Part shown: positions 13,274-23,129 of the stretch, piece after piece
How positions within the stretch are numbered: the stretch's first letter is position 1
How the letters are laid out: each line of letters starts with the position of its first letter
DNA from: Crocosphaera sp. XPORK-15E
Lineage (GTDB): Bacteria > Cyanobacteriota > Cyanobacteriia > Cyanobacteriales > Microcystaceae
Length of the DNA stretch: 32,000 bases
Reading direction: 5' to 3'
NCBI RefSeq assembly: GCF_034931425.1
Contig: NZ_JAYGHQ010000019.1
Location: forward strand, 54,216-86,215
Made by a program: the position numbers and the translations under genes
Notes under the pieces: generated by a model
The model's database searches: none
What the model was told of the DNA's origin: nothing
What the model saw: the letters and a program-made list of their open reading frames with translations, nothing else

Positions 13274-15466
13274 TTAAAAATCAAGGTCTTCATCATTTTC
13301 TGGTATCGCTTCCTTTCTATTTATTATTGGTCTATGTTTAGGGGGAACAGATGGAGGAATATTCTCATTTTTTGTTGGTTTATCCTCTAATTTTTCTTGT
13401 TTAATTTCCTGCTTTTCTTGTTGTTGAAGTTTCTGAGATAATTGATGATTTTCTTCTACAACAAAAGATAATTCTTTTTGTATTCCTAATGCTTCGTCTG
13501 ATTTTTCCTCCTCATCTTCTCTAAGATTAATTAGATTTTTTTCTTCATTTTTTATCACTTCATTGGTCTTAATTTCTTTTTGTTCTATGTTTTGATCTAA
13601 GTTAGAATTATCATCATAAACCAAGATTTCTTCATCTTCAAAATAATCGACAACATTAATAATCTCTCCTTCAAAAAATTTGGCTACCTTGTCCACTGCT
13701 TTTTTAAATTCATCTTCAGAAGGCTCAACTAAATCAGAATTTTCTAAAATAATAGGAGATTGAATTTCATCCTCAACTTTATTCAAAGGAGGAAGTTCCT
13801 CTTTTTTTTTAGCAATAGTTTCTGATTCAGTTTCAGGAGATTTATAGTTTGCAGGATCAATTATTTTAGGGATTTTTAATGAAGTTTGAGGAGCAATAGA
13901 CTTAGGAATAGAACCGGAATTAACTTGAAAATTAATCTTAACTTTGTGTCCATAAACTAACTCAAATGCCGCTTCAATGTGAGATAATTGAGCTTTCGCT
14001 ATATTCAGTAAAGGCTGACTCGTAATACCGATAGTTGCAATTTTTCCCTGATAACTAATTAAATGACCATGCTGTTTAATTAATGCCGAGGTAATAGGAG
14101 GAACTTTAGATAATATTAATTCCCAAAGTTGGGCAAGCTCAAGATTTTGGGCATCAATTTCAGGCAATGAAACATTAGTCGGGGCAGACTGCTCTTGATG
14201 ATTAATAATCACTTCAGATGAGTTTATATCAGGTTTAACTTCCGTCTTTTCAGGAGGGAAAGAACTCGGTTTAGTTTCGATTTTTTCTGGAGGAGAATAG
14301 GCAGGTTTTGAAGTCTGATTAATGGGTGTTTTTTGAGGAATAGAAACTGTCTCAATAATCTGTTGAGGACGGCAAACAGAAGGCAATAAACCTAATAGAG
14401 TAACTTCTAACCATAAACGAGGTTGAGTGGTATTTTTTATCTGAAATTCACTGTCTTTTAGCTTCTGTTGACCCATTAAAATTGTTGCAATTTCCCACTG
14501 TTTTGCTTCTTGACATAAATCTTGCCAAGTTGTTGCCGTAACTGCTACTAAATCAGCCCGATTTGCAGCAGTTTTAGCAATTAATAGGTTAAGATAAAAA
14601 CTAGCTAAATTCTGCAAAACTACTAAGGGTTCTCGCCCTCTATTCATCAATTGACGACAAAATTCTATGACGGTTTCTGATTGATTGGAACGAATCGCTT
14701 GTAATAATAATAATAAGTCTCTCTCCGGGACTGCCCCCACTAAATCCCAAACTTTTTCGGGGGTAATAGTTCCTGATGATAAGCTTAATTGATCTAATAA
14801 ACTTTCTGCATCTCTTAATCCACCGTTGGCTATTTGTGATACTAAAGTTAAGGCTTCTTGGTCAATTTCAATCGCTTCTTTAGCAGCAATTTCTGTTAAA
14901 TGTTTAACCATTGCTTCTAAGGGAATGCGGCGATAGTCGAAGCGTTGACAACGGGATATAATAGTAGGTAAAACTCGCTGAGGATCGGTAGTAGCTAGGA
15001 CAAAAATAACCCGTTCTGGAGGTTCTTCTAAGGTCTTTAATAAGGCATTAAATGCCGCCACGCTCAGCATATGACATTCATCAATTACATACACTTTATA
15101 ACGGCATTGTACGGGGGCAAATTGGGCCCGTTCGATGATTTCTCGAATGTTATCAACCCCAGTGTTACTCGCTGCGTCAATTTCAATTACATCTAATGCT
15201 GAACCCCTGGCGATCGCCCGACAAACCTCACAGCTTCCACAAGGAGTCGCGGTAGGATATTCAACCGCTAAACAATTGAGAGATTTGGCTAAAATCCGCG
15301 CACTAGAGGTTTTTCCTGTTCCTCTGGGGCCCGTAAATAAGTATGCAGGTGCAATGCGTCTTGTGGCGATCGCATTGGTTAAGGTGGTGGCGATCGCTTC
15401 TTGGCCCACTAAGTCTGCAAAAATTTGGGGGCGATATTTATGATGGAGGGGTTCATAGGAAGACAT
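13274..15466 (-). CDS. dnaX: DNA polymerase III subunit gamma/tau, with a long acidic/lysine-rich C-terminal extension
   Basis: HKYRPQIFADLVGQE, Walker A GPRGTGKTS, zinc module CGSCEVC, Walker B VYVIDECHML, and sensor motifs SRCQRF. The C-terminal ~175 aa are low-complexity E/K-rich. Confidence 0.97.
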   Translation of the reverse strand: MSSYEPLHHKYRPQIFADLVGQEAIATTLTNAIATRRIAPAYLFTGPRGTGKTSSARILAKSLNCLAVEYPTATPCGSCEVCRAIARGSALDVIEIDAASNTGVDNIREIIERAQFAPVQCRYKVYVIDECHMLSVAAFNALLKTLEEPPERVIFVLATTDPQRVLPTIISRCQRFDYRRIPLEAMVKHLTEIAAKEAIEIDQEALTLVSQIANGGLRDAESLLDQLSLSSGTITPEKVWDLVGAVPERDLLLLLQAIRSNQSETVIEFCRQLMNRGREPLVVLQNLASFYLNLLIAKTAANRADLVAVTATTWQDLCQEAKQWEIATILMGQQKLKDSEFQIKNTTQPRLWLEVTLLGLLPSVCRPQQIIETVSIPQKTPINQTSKPAYSPPEKIETKPSSFPPEKTEVKPDINSSEVIINHQEQSAPTNVSLPEIDAQNLELAQLWELILSKVPPITSALIKQHGHLISYQGKIATIGITSQPLLNIAKAQLSHIEAAFELVYGHKVKINFQVNSGSIPKSIAPQTSLKIPKIIDPANYKSPETESETIAKKKEELPPLNKVEDEIQSPIILENSDLVEPSEDEFKKAVDKVAKFFEGEIINVVDYFEDEEILVYDDNSNLDQNIEQKEIKTNEVIKNEEKNLINLREDEEEKSDEALGIQKELSFVVEENHQLSQKLQQQEKQEIKQEKLEDKPTKNENIPPSVPPKHRPIINRKEAIPENDEDLDF

Positions 15467-15523
15467 GAAGACGTTAGATCAAATAGAACAAGAGTATTAT
15501 TAATGATTATACACTTATTTTAA

Positions 15524-17371
15524 TTAATCATTAGAGGGTTTATCAATCATCGAAGGATCAAAAATAATGGTGCGATCGCGGCCTTGATCTTTGGCTTGAT
15601 ATAGGGCCGTATCTGCATTATTAATCACCGTTTCTCCAGTTAACCCATGGTCAGGAAAACAAGCTACTCCAATGGAAATTGTAATCCCTTCTAAAAAATA
15701 TTCTTGATATTGAAAATGAAGTTGTTTTATTTTCTCTCTTAACATTTCTGCTCGTTGATAAGTGTTCTCTAAATTTGCTTCTGGCAAAACCAAAATAAAT
15801 TCTTCTCCCCCATAACGACAAGCAATATCTGAGCCTCTTATATTATGCTTTAAAAAGCTGCTAAGTTCTTTTAAAACTACATCTCCTAAGCTATGACTAA
15901 AGTTATCATTTATCCGTTTAAAATGATCAGCATCAATTAAAATAATGCCGATATTGGTCGGGTTTCGTTGCGCTTTGATAATTTCTTTGTCTAAGAATTC
16001 ATGAAGATAACGGCGATTAAATAAACCTGTCAATGAATCACGAATACTTTGTTCTCTTAAGGTTTCTTGCAGTTGTAAATTAACCAGGGATAAAACAATA
16101 TTTTCGCTCACTGTTTGGGCTAAATTTTGTTGTTCTGCGGTTAATTTTTCTTGATCATTTGTGCTAATATATAAAATACCAAATATCTTACCTTGAGCCA
16201 TCATCGGGAAACATAAAGAAGCACTTAGATTTGATGTTGAGTCAAGATGAGAACAAAATAATTGACTATGGCTTTTTTCTGCATAATGGGCTTTTCCCTG
16301 TCGCAATGACCAGCATTCTTGTGCCGGAAATTTCTCTTTACTATTCAAATTATTCCCCCAACTTGATACTAATTTAGCCAGATTTTGATCCTCATAAAGT
16401 TGATAAATCCCAAGGGAACAACCTTCAAATAATGGTTGTAGTAAATCCGCCAAAATTGTATAAGCTTCTTCCATTGTATTACAGGATTGGAGATATTGAC
16501 TCACCCGACTTAATAAGGTTCTCTCTTGATTTTGTTTGGCCAATTGTTTGATAATTGTTTTTAATTGTTGGTTGGCTTTTTTCAAAGCATTTTCTGCTTT
16601 TTTTCGTTCCTCAATATCTTCGACAATTCCCATTAAATAATCAGGTCTACCATTGGCATGATTAACCATAGAAACCGTCAGATTTACCCAAACTAATAAA
16701 TTATCTGAAGTGAGATATCGCTGTTCTAATGTAAAGGTAGTAATCTGATTATTTAGTAATTTATTGAGAGACTTTTGATAATAGGGAAGATCATCAACAT
16801 AAATAATATCTTTCAGGGTCTTTTCTTGGATTTCCTCGAATAAATAGCCTGTAATTTGGCAAAATCGTTGATTAGCTTTGAGAAATTCTCCTACTAAATT
16901 TAAGTGATAAATTCCAACAGCAGCTTGCTCAAAAGTTGCTCTAAATTGTTGTTCACTTTTTTCTAATTCCCGACTAAGCTTGACCCTTTCTATAGCTAAA
17001 TATAAAGATTTTAATAAGCTTTCTGGGGTAATATTATCTTTGAGTAAATAATCCTGTGCGCCATTTTTCATGGCTTCTACTGCAATCTTCTCGTTCCCCA
17101 TTCCTGTTAACATAATCACAGGCAAATTTTTCTCAGGAATGTAAGTATTTAACTGCTGTAAAAATTCTATCCCATCCAGATCAGATAAGTGAAAATCTAA
17201 CAAAACGCCATCGACATGAACCGTTTTTAAGACTTGTAAACCTTCTTGTCCTGATGATGCTTCAATTACCTCATAGTTAGCTTCTGTTTGCCTCTCTAAA
17301 TAGCGTCGCAATGTAAATCTATATTCTGGACTATCATCAATAATTAAAATAGTAAGGGGTTGAGAAAACAT
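15524..17371 (-). CDS. Response regulator receiver - PAS - GAF - GGDEF diguanylate cyclase
   Basis: REC (ILIIDDSPE...DGVLLDFHLSDLDG...K), a PAS region, a GAF region, and a GGDEF domain with RYGGEEF and an upstream RxxD-like site. The start is 3 nt after the stop of the upstream REC gene. Confidence 0.9.
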   Translation of the reverse strand: MFSQPLTILIIDDSPEYRFTLRRYLERQTEANYEVIEASSGQEGLQVLKTVHVDGVLLDFHLSDLDGIEFLQQLNTYIPEKNLPVIMLTGMGNEKIAVEAMKNGAQDYLLKDNITPESLLKSLYLAIERVKLSRELEKSEQQFRATFEQAAVGIYHLNLVGEFLKANQRFCQITGYLFEEIQEKTLKDIIYVDDLPYYQKSLNKLLNNQITTFTLEQRYLTSDNLLVWVNLTVSMVNHANGRPDYLMGIVEDIEERKKAENALKKANQQLKTIIKQLAKQNQERTLLSRVSQYLQSCNTMEEAYTILADLLQPLFEGCSLGIYQLYEDQNLAKLVSSWGNNLNSKEKFPAQECWSLRQGKAHYAEKSHSQLFCSHLDSTSNLSASLCFPMMAQGKIFGILYISTNDQEKLTAEQQNLAQTVSENIVLSLVNLQLQETLREQSIRDSLTGLFNRRYLHEFLDKEIIKAQRNPTNIGIILIDADHFKRINDNFSHSLGDVVLKELSSFLKHNIRGSDIACRYGGEEFILVLPEANLENTYQRAEMLREKIKQLHFQYQEYFLEGITISIGVACFPDHGLTGETVINNADTALYQAKDQGRDRTIIFDPSMIDKPSND

Positions 17372-17374
17372 AGA

Positions 17375-17845
17375 TCATAAATTTTGGTAATTAGGAAGAA
17401 TAACAACATTAAACCAATATTCCCAAAATACCTGGATGTTTTTTTTAAGTTGATTAAGATCAATGGGTTTAAGAATATAACTTTTTGCACCATGTTCATA
17501 ACAAAATTGAATATCCCTTGGATCAGCAGAACTACTAAAAATAATAGTGGGAATTTGTTGCCACTGAGGGTTTTCTATGATACAGGTTAACACTTCTCGT
17601 CCATCAGTGCCAGGTAAATTGAGATCTAAGATAATCAAGGCAGGAAGCTGAGTAGTCTGATAAATATTACAGCCAAGCTTATCACTCACATCCTTTAAAA
17701 ATTCTAACGCTTCTTCCCCATTTCGACAACGGGTAACGGGATGTTCTAAGATAAATTCACTACTAAACCGCATAAAAGCAGTAAAGTCTTCATCGCTATC
17801 TTCTACTAACAATAAAAAGGGTTTTGTAAACAGATTTGACATCAA
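17375..17845 (-). CDS. Single-domain response regulator (Rcp1-like, phytochrome-associated)
   Basis: 156 aa. LLLVEDSDEDF...LIILDLNLPGTDG...SYILKP. Located directly downstream of the phytochrome-like kinase. Confidence 0.88.
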   Translation of the reverse strand: MMSNLFTKPFLLLVEDSDEDFTAFMRFSSEFILEHPVTRCRNGEEALEFLKDVSDKLGCNIYQTTQLPALIILDLNLPGTDGREVLTCIIENPQWQQIPTIIFSSSADPRDIQFCYEHGAKSYILKPIDLNQLKKNIQVFWEYWFNVVILPNYQNL

Positions 17846-17914
17846 TGATTTTCGGTTCTTCGGTATATATTATGCTAAATTATCACAAATAATAGACTTT
17901 AACAATAAATTTTC

Positions 17915-20200
17915 TTATCTAGCTAAAGTAAAATAAAAAGTAGTTCCTTCATTTAGAGTAGATTCTAGCCAAATATTTCCCCCATGACGTTCAATAATTT
18001 TTTGAGCAATAGTTAAACCAATTCCTGTTCCTCCTCCATATTTTTCGGGGGAATGTAACCGCTTAAAGATTTGAAAAATAGTAGTTTGATGTTTTGTCGG
18101 AATTCCAATGCCATTATCTCGAACATAAAAAATAAAATCTGGATGATTCAATTCACTAATTTTAGTTTGGGGAAAATTTTCTAAAGCTTCTCCATGATTA
18201 AAATAACCTATTTCGACTATTTTATGATCTTTATCATTATACTTTATGGCATTACTAATCAGATTTATGTAAAGATCATGTAATCTAGCTTGGTCAGCGT
18301 TAATCCTTGGTAAAGGTCGAGGAATGATCAGATTAACCTGATTTTCTTCTATTCTCCCCCTTAACAGATCTAAGGTTTGTTCAAGTAAGCTATTTAGATC
18401 AATATCTTCATAGAAAAAATCAATTCTTCCTAGGCGAGAATATTGTAAGAGGGAGTCTAATAAGTTGGCCATTTTTTGGCTTAAACGCACTAGGGTTTCT
18501 ACTTGATGAACCCCATTTTCATCTAAGCGATCGCTATAATCTTCTAGGAGAAAGTTTGCATAATTATAAATTCCCCTTAAGGGTTCTTTGAGATCGTGGG
18601 AAGCGATGTAAGCAAAGGCATCTAAGTCTTGATTTTTTTGCTGTAATTCACTATTTGATTGAGCGAATTCATTTAACTTATTAAATCCAATTTCTAAGAT
18701 GGCTTTTCTGAGTTCTAATGCTGCTTCTATTTCTAAATTTTGCCAAGGAAGTGAACAAGAATCAACAGTTTCTTTCCAAAGTTCAAAAGATTTTCTCGGA
18801 TGTAATTTTTCTTGTTCATCAATTTCTACCAATTGATTAAGACTCCCTGCCCAATTGACGGTTTGTAGTTCTTCAGGACGAAACCAAAATATATATTGTA
18901 GAGAATTTTTTGCTAAATAAATTGATAAAATTCCACTAGCTATTGCTTTATATTCGACAGCATCAGGATAAATTTTAGGGAGTTGATTAGTATAAAAAAT
19001 ATCTTGAGAATGATTATTTTTTAGCCACTGTACAAGTCCTTGAATCTGTTCTTGATTAGGGGACTGACCAATGGCTTGATAATTTCCGTCTAAATAAATT
19101 CCTGCCCCTTGACAACTAAATAAATCTAAAAGATTAGGCGAATAATTGACTAATGATTGAAAAATATCCAGATTTTTAGATAGGCATTTAATTAATTTTG
19201 TGTGATTATTTTTGATGTTTAATTGATATTTATAATTCTCAGTTTCTGCTACTTCTGATAAAGCCAATGAGAGAATTTTACTAAATAATTCACAGGCGAC
19301 TCTGACCCCTTTTGTCACAAATTTAGCGGTTTGGTTATGACAAGCAATTAACCCCCATAATTGATTGTTTTTTATTAAAGAAATGGTCATAGAACTGCCA
19401 ACTCCCATATTTTGTAAATATTCAATATGGATAGGATGAACCCCTCTTAAAATCAAATAACTAAGGTCTAAAGGTTGTTGAGTAATGGGATTATTCTGAG
19501 GCATAAAGGAAACGGGTTGATGATTAACATCAGGGATAAATCTTAAAGTTTGTAAACTAAAAAGATGTCTTGATAATGGGGGAATATCTGCTGCGGGAAA
19601 ATGTAACCCTAAATAAGATTCCATATATTTTGTGTTATCTTCAGCGATAACTTGTCCATGCCAATTTTTATCAAATTGATAGACCATTACCCGATCAAAT
19701 TGAGTTATTTTCCGAATTTCTTGGGCTGATATTTGACACACTTCTTCTAAGCTTAAGCCTGATTTTATCTTAGAAATTGAAACTTCTGTTGCTTTATAAA
19801 AGTCAAGTAATGATATTTCTTGCTGAGGATCATATTCTTCTAGTTCTAATAATAAAACTTGCTCTAAACTGTGAATATATCCCAAAAACAATACAGTTTT
19901 TTTCTTTATTTTTAAGGTTATTTCAAGAGGATTAATCGCTTTTAAATTATTGGCTGAAAGATGAGCTATAATGGTTTCTAGTTGAAGCTTTGGCAATAAA
20001 TCTTTGAGATTTTTACCTAATAATTTTTCTGTTGGTATGCCTAACTTTTCTGTTGTATTCTGACTCGCTTGAATAATCCTTAAGTCAGATTCTTGTATAA
20101 CTAATAAAATGCCATGAGGTTGTATACAACCGAGTAAATGAACCGGATCTTCATCACGGTAACTAGAGGGACTATTAATCGGGGTTTTCGGTTGATTCAT
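17915..20200 (-). CDS. Phytochrome-family sensor histidine kinase (PAS-GAF-PHY-HisKA-HATPase)
   Basis: IQPHG motif, GFDRVMVYQFD, YLGLHFPAADIP, HIEYLQNMGVGSSMTISL, LWGLIACHN, PHY region WFRPE..VNWAG..HPRKSF, H-box FAYIASHDLKEPL, and G-boxes DNGIGI / GGTGIGL. Confidence 0.93.
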   Translation of the reverse strand: MNQPKTPINSPSSYRDEDPVHLLGCIQPHGILLVIQESDLRIIQASQNTTEKLGIPTEKLLGKNLKDLLPKLQLETIIAHLSANNLKAINPLEITLKIKKKTVLFLGYIHSLEQVLLLELEEYDPQQEISLLDFYKATEVSISKIKSGLSLEEVCQISAQEIRKITQFDRVMVYQFDKNWHGQVIAEDNTKYMESYLGLHFPAADIPPLSRHLFSLQTLRFIPDVNHQPVSFMPQNNPITQQPLDLSYLILRGVHPIHIEYLQNMGVGSSMTISLIKNNQLWGLIACHNQTAKFVTKGVRVACELFSKILSLALSEVAETENYKYQLNIKNNHTKLIKCLSKNLDIFQSLVNYSPNLLDLFSCQGAGIYLDGNYQAIGQSPNQEQIQGLVQWLKNNHSQDIFYTNQLPKIYPDAVEYKAIASGILSIYLAKNSLQYIFWFRPEELQTVNWAGSLNQLVEIDEQEKLHPRKSFELWKETVDSCSLPWQNLEIEAALELRKAILEIGFNKLNEFAQSNSELQQKNQDLDAFAYIASHDLKEPLRGIYNYANFLLEDYSDRLDENGVHQVETLVRLSQKMANLLDSLLQYSRLGRIDFFYEDIDLNSLLEQTLDLLRGRIEENQVNLIIPRPLPRINADQARLHDLYINLISNAIKYNDKDHKIVEIGYFNHGEALENFPQTKISELNHPDFIFYVRDNGIGIPTKHQTTIFQIFKRLHSPEKYGGGTGIGLTIAQKIIERHGGNIWLESTLNEGTTFYFTLAR

Positions 20201-20260
20201 TGTTAATTAATTCAATAGATAAAAAACATTTTTGTAATAAGAATTTTTGGCTAAGCTATT

Positions 20261-20277
20261 GGTGGGCATTGCCCACC
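20261..20277. repeat. Palindromic element GGTGGGCA-T-TGCCCACC (followed by CTAC), 3' of nadA
   Basis: Read directly. A near-identical core lies at 26977-26995. Confidence 0.8.
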
Positions 20278-20307
20278 CTACATTGAGCTATTATCCCCAA
20301 AATCAAC

Positions 20308-21279
20308 CTATTTTGACATTTCTAACATTCTTTGAATGGGAACTAATGCCGCCACTCGAATTGATTCATCCATAGTAATTTCTGGGGTTTTAAACTTCAT
20401 GGCTAAATACAATTTTTCTAGGGTATTAAGACGCATATAAGGACATTCATTACAGGCACAATTATTCATTGCTGGTGCAGGAATAAACATCTTATTAGGG
20501 TTGTCTTTTTGCATCTGATGAATAATCCCAGGTTCAGTCACAACAATAAATATTTGATGGGAACTCTGATGGGAATAGTTGAGTAAAGCAGTGGTGGAAC
20601 CGATATAATCAGCATGGTGTAAAACTGAGGGTTCACACTCAGGATGTGCTAGAATTTCTGCTTCGGGATGCTCAATTTTTAATTGTACAATTTTCTTCTC
20701 TGAGAAGGTTTCATGAACGATACAACTTCCTTGCCATAAAATCAAATCTCGTCCCGTTTGTTCCATCACATATCGCCCTAAATTGCGATCTGGAGCAAAA
20801 ATAATCGGACGATCTTTCGGCAGTTGATTAACAATTTTTACCGCATTAGAACTGGTACAAATAACATCACTCATGGCCTTGATTTCTGCGGTACAATTAA
20901 TGTACGAAACCACCAAAGCGTTAGGATATTGTGCCTTAAATTTGGCAAATTCTGCGGGAGGACAACCCTCCGCTAAGGAACATCCGGCCTCTAAATCTGG
21001 TAATAATACTAATTTATCAGGATTCAAAATTTTGGCGGTTTCTGCCATAAAATGAACTCCCGCAAAGACGATCACTTCCGCTTGCGTCGTAGCTGCTTGC
21101 TGAGAAAGACCGAGAGAATCTCCGATATAATCAGCAATATCTTGAATATCAGGGTCTTGATAGTAATGAGCTAAAATAATCGCCTTTAAATCTCGTTTAA
21201 GCTCATTAATTGCTGAAAATAAATCATTAGGTAGCAAATTAAGGGCAGATGATGATGAGGGTTTTATAGTAGTGAACAC
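20308..21279 (-). CDS. nadA: Quinolinate synthase A
   Basis: 323 aa. [37 protein letters not shown], and Cys ligand contexts ([19 protein letters not shown]). Confidence 0.95.
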   Translation of the reverse strand: MFTTIKPSSSSALNLLPNDLFSAINELKRDLKAIILAHYYQDPDIQDIADYIGDSLGLSQQAATTQAEVIVFAGVHFMAETAKILNPDKLVLLPDLEAGCSLAEGCPPAEFAKFKAQYPNALVVSYINCTAEIKAMSDVICTSSNAVKIVNQLPKDRPIIFAPDRNLGRYVMEQTGRDLILWQGSCIVHETFSEKKIVQLKIEHPEAEILAHPECEPSVLHHADYIGSTTALLNYSHQSSHQIFIVVTEPGIIHQMQKDNPNKMFIPAPAMNNCACNECPYMRLNTLEKLYLAMKFKTPEITMDESIRVAALVPIQRMLEMSK

Positions 21280-21385
21280 AGTAGGGTACGATTCCTCCCA
21301 GAATTATAGTTGATCTTACCAAAACTATTATAACAAAAAAAAGATTATAGCATGATTTGTTCAACTTTAAACAAGAAATGACTCT

Positions 21386-22819
21386 TTACTCCAAAAACGT
21401 TTTAACTGTGCCATTAGGACTCAAAACAAGGCGAATGGTTTGATTACCAGGAACGTCGAGACTAGAGACAAAAGCTGTTCCAGGGGCAGGAATACCCGTC
21501 TGGGGGGTATAAAGAGCCGCCGCCTTACCCAAAGGAATAGCCTGTTTGAGAGCGCCATCAGATTGCACAATTAAGCGATATTCTAGGGTTTGCGCCAGCT
21601 TTTTAGGGGGTTGCCATCGCTGTTGTAGATATTCCCGCGCTTCTGCCACTTGCGGTATAGCATCAAGTAGGGTCATGTTAGGGCTAGGTTTCACCGCAAC
21701 CACTTCATTCTGGGAGCGCAATTCATTGGGAATAGTGAGAGTATCTCTTGGCGATCGCTGATTAGGGACTCTCGCTTGTAAGGTTGGGGGTGAGGGAAGG
21801 GAAGGCTGTCTCATCATTTCTGCTACGGTACCAGGGGGTAAAGCGGGCATAACGATGGGGGTTTCGCCATTGGGCAAAAGATGCACCGGAACCTGATAAT
21901 TCCCTGTATTGGGGGCATAATTAGCCGTATTGGGTTTAGGAGGAGCGGGAGGAGCGACAGGGGGCGGAGGTAAGACGCGCAGGGGTGGGGCTTGAATGGC
22001 AATGTTAGGATTACGGAGGGGCGCGGTTCCTTGACCAATTTGAGAGGGGGGAGGCAAGGGATCTCGATTAGCCAAATTAGGGTCTAAGGAAGGCTGAGAA
22101 ATGGATTTATTAGGTGCAGGGGAAACAGGGGGTAAAACATCGAGAAAAGAACGGCTATTGTCTTTATTCTTGGGATTTTCCGTCACCGATGACTCGGAGG
22201 AATTGATTTCTCTCACCCATTGCACCCCGACGGTAGGAATTAAGATGGCAAGTAAGGCCGCTATTGTTGCCGCACTCCACACCCAAAGGGTTTTACGAGG
22301 GGAGACTGCTTTAGAAGATACGATGGCAACAATACTATCACTGTATTCTTCTAAGGCATTGAGGAGATCAAACAGTTGAGAGGCACTAAGATTAATTGTG
22401 GGATGGGTAGCTTGGTTGGACAAAGCTCCTAAGTTAAGCTTGTGGGTGAGTAACCCGCTAGGGGAAAGGGCAGGATGATCCTCTGGCAACCAGGAGGAGC
22501 GAGGTTCTTCTTCTGAATAGCTTTCTGGCTGGTTTGAGGGATGCTCAGATCCCATCAAACAACGGGAAGTTTGGCAGAGAAAATTCTGCACATAAGAAGT
22601 CACCACATCATAAAGTAACTCTAATTGAGAGCGATCGCCTTTAATCGTCACTTGTTGGTCTTCTAAGAGTCGGGGGTCATCAAAATTTAGTTCAAATTCT
22701 AAATTATCTAAGATGTTATTCTCGTGCCAACGGGATAATAGGGGGCGTTTGTCCCACAGTTTGAGGGTACAGGTGGGGGGCGTGTAAAGTCGGATCGGGG
22801 CATTATCAAAGAGCATCAT
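21386..22819 (-). CDS. Conserved cyanobacterial hypothetical protein (DUF4335-like N-domain, one TM, long Pro-rich linker)
   Basis: 477 aa. N-terminal YTPPTCTLKLW motif, TM segment LWVWSAATIAALLAILIPTV, then P-rich ~150 aa. The family assignment is from memory only. Confidence 0.6.
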   Translation of the reverse strand: MMLFDNAPIRLYTPPTCTLKLWDKRPLLSRWHENNILDNLEFELNFDDPRLLEDQQVTIKGDRSQLELLYDVVTSYVQNFLCQTSRCLMGSEHPSNQPESYSEEEPRSSWLPEDHPALSPSGLLTHKLNLGALSNQATHPTINLSASQLFDLLNALEEYSDSIVAIVSSKAVSPRKTLWVWSAATIAALLAILIPTVGVQWVREINSSESSVTENPKNKDNSRSFLDVLPPVSPAPNKSISQPSLDPNLANRDPLPPPSQIGQGTAPLRNPNIAIQAPPLRVLPPPPVAPPAPPKPNTANYAPNTGNYQVPVHLLPNGETPIVMPALPPGTVAEMMRQPSLPSPPTLQARVPNQRSPRDTLTIPNELRSQNEVVAVKPSPNMTLLDAIPQVAEAREYLQQRWQPPKKLAQTLEYRLIVQSDGALKQAIPLGKAAALYTPQTGIPAPGTAFVSSLDVPGNQTIRLVLSPNGTVKTFLE

Positions 22820-22950
22820 AAGTCATGCTTGATCTAGAATGTCGCAAATTATGTTCTTACTATAAACGACAATGAGAAAATGAGGCGCAAACCACTCCAT
22901 GCTTGGGATGTTATTTTATTAATAAAATTATCATCTATTTTGGTAAAAAA

Positions 22951-23064
22951 TCATCCTGAGTTCCAGTCAACTTGATTAAATTGTCCTTGCTTAATGAGTT
23001 TTGTGGTTTCTTCAGTCCAAGCAAAAAAGTCGGTTTCATATAATTGAGTAAGGTTTTTAAGCAT
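22951..23064 (-). pseudogene. Truncated DUF29-like fragment (37 aa)
   Basis: MLKNLTQLYETDFFAWTEETTKLIKQGQFNQVDWNSG* matches the N-terminus pattern of cyanobacterial DUF29 proteins (~140 aa) but stops early. GGAG lies 9 nt upstream. Confidence 0.45.
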
Positions 23065-23129
23065 TAATTTTAACTCCTGATTGATCAGTTAAGTAATGTG
23101 AGTATTAAAATACTTTTTTTGCTGCTTCG

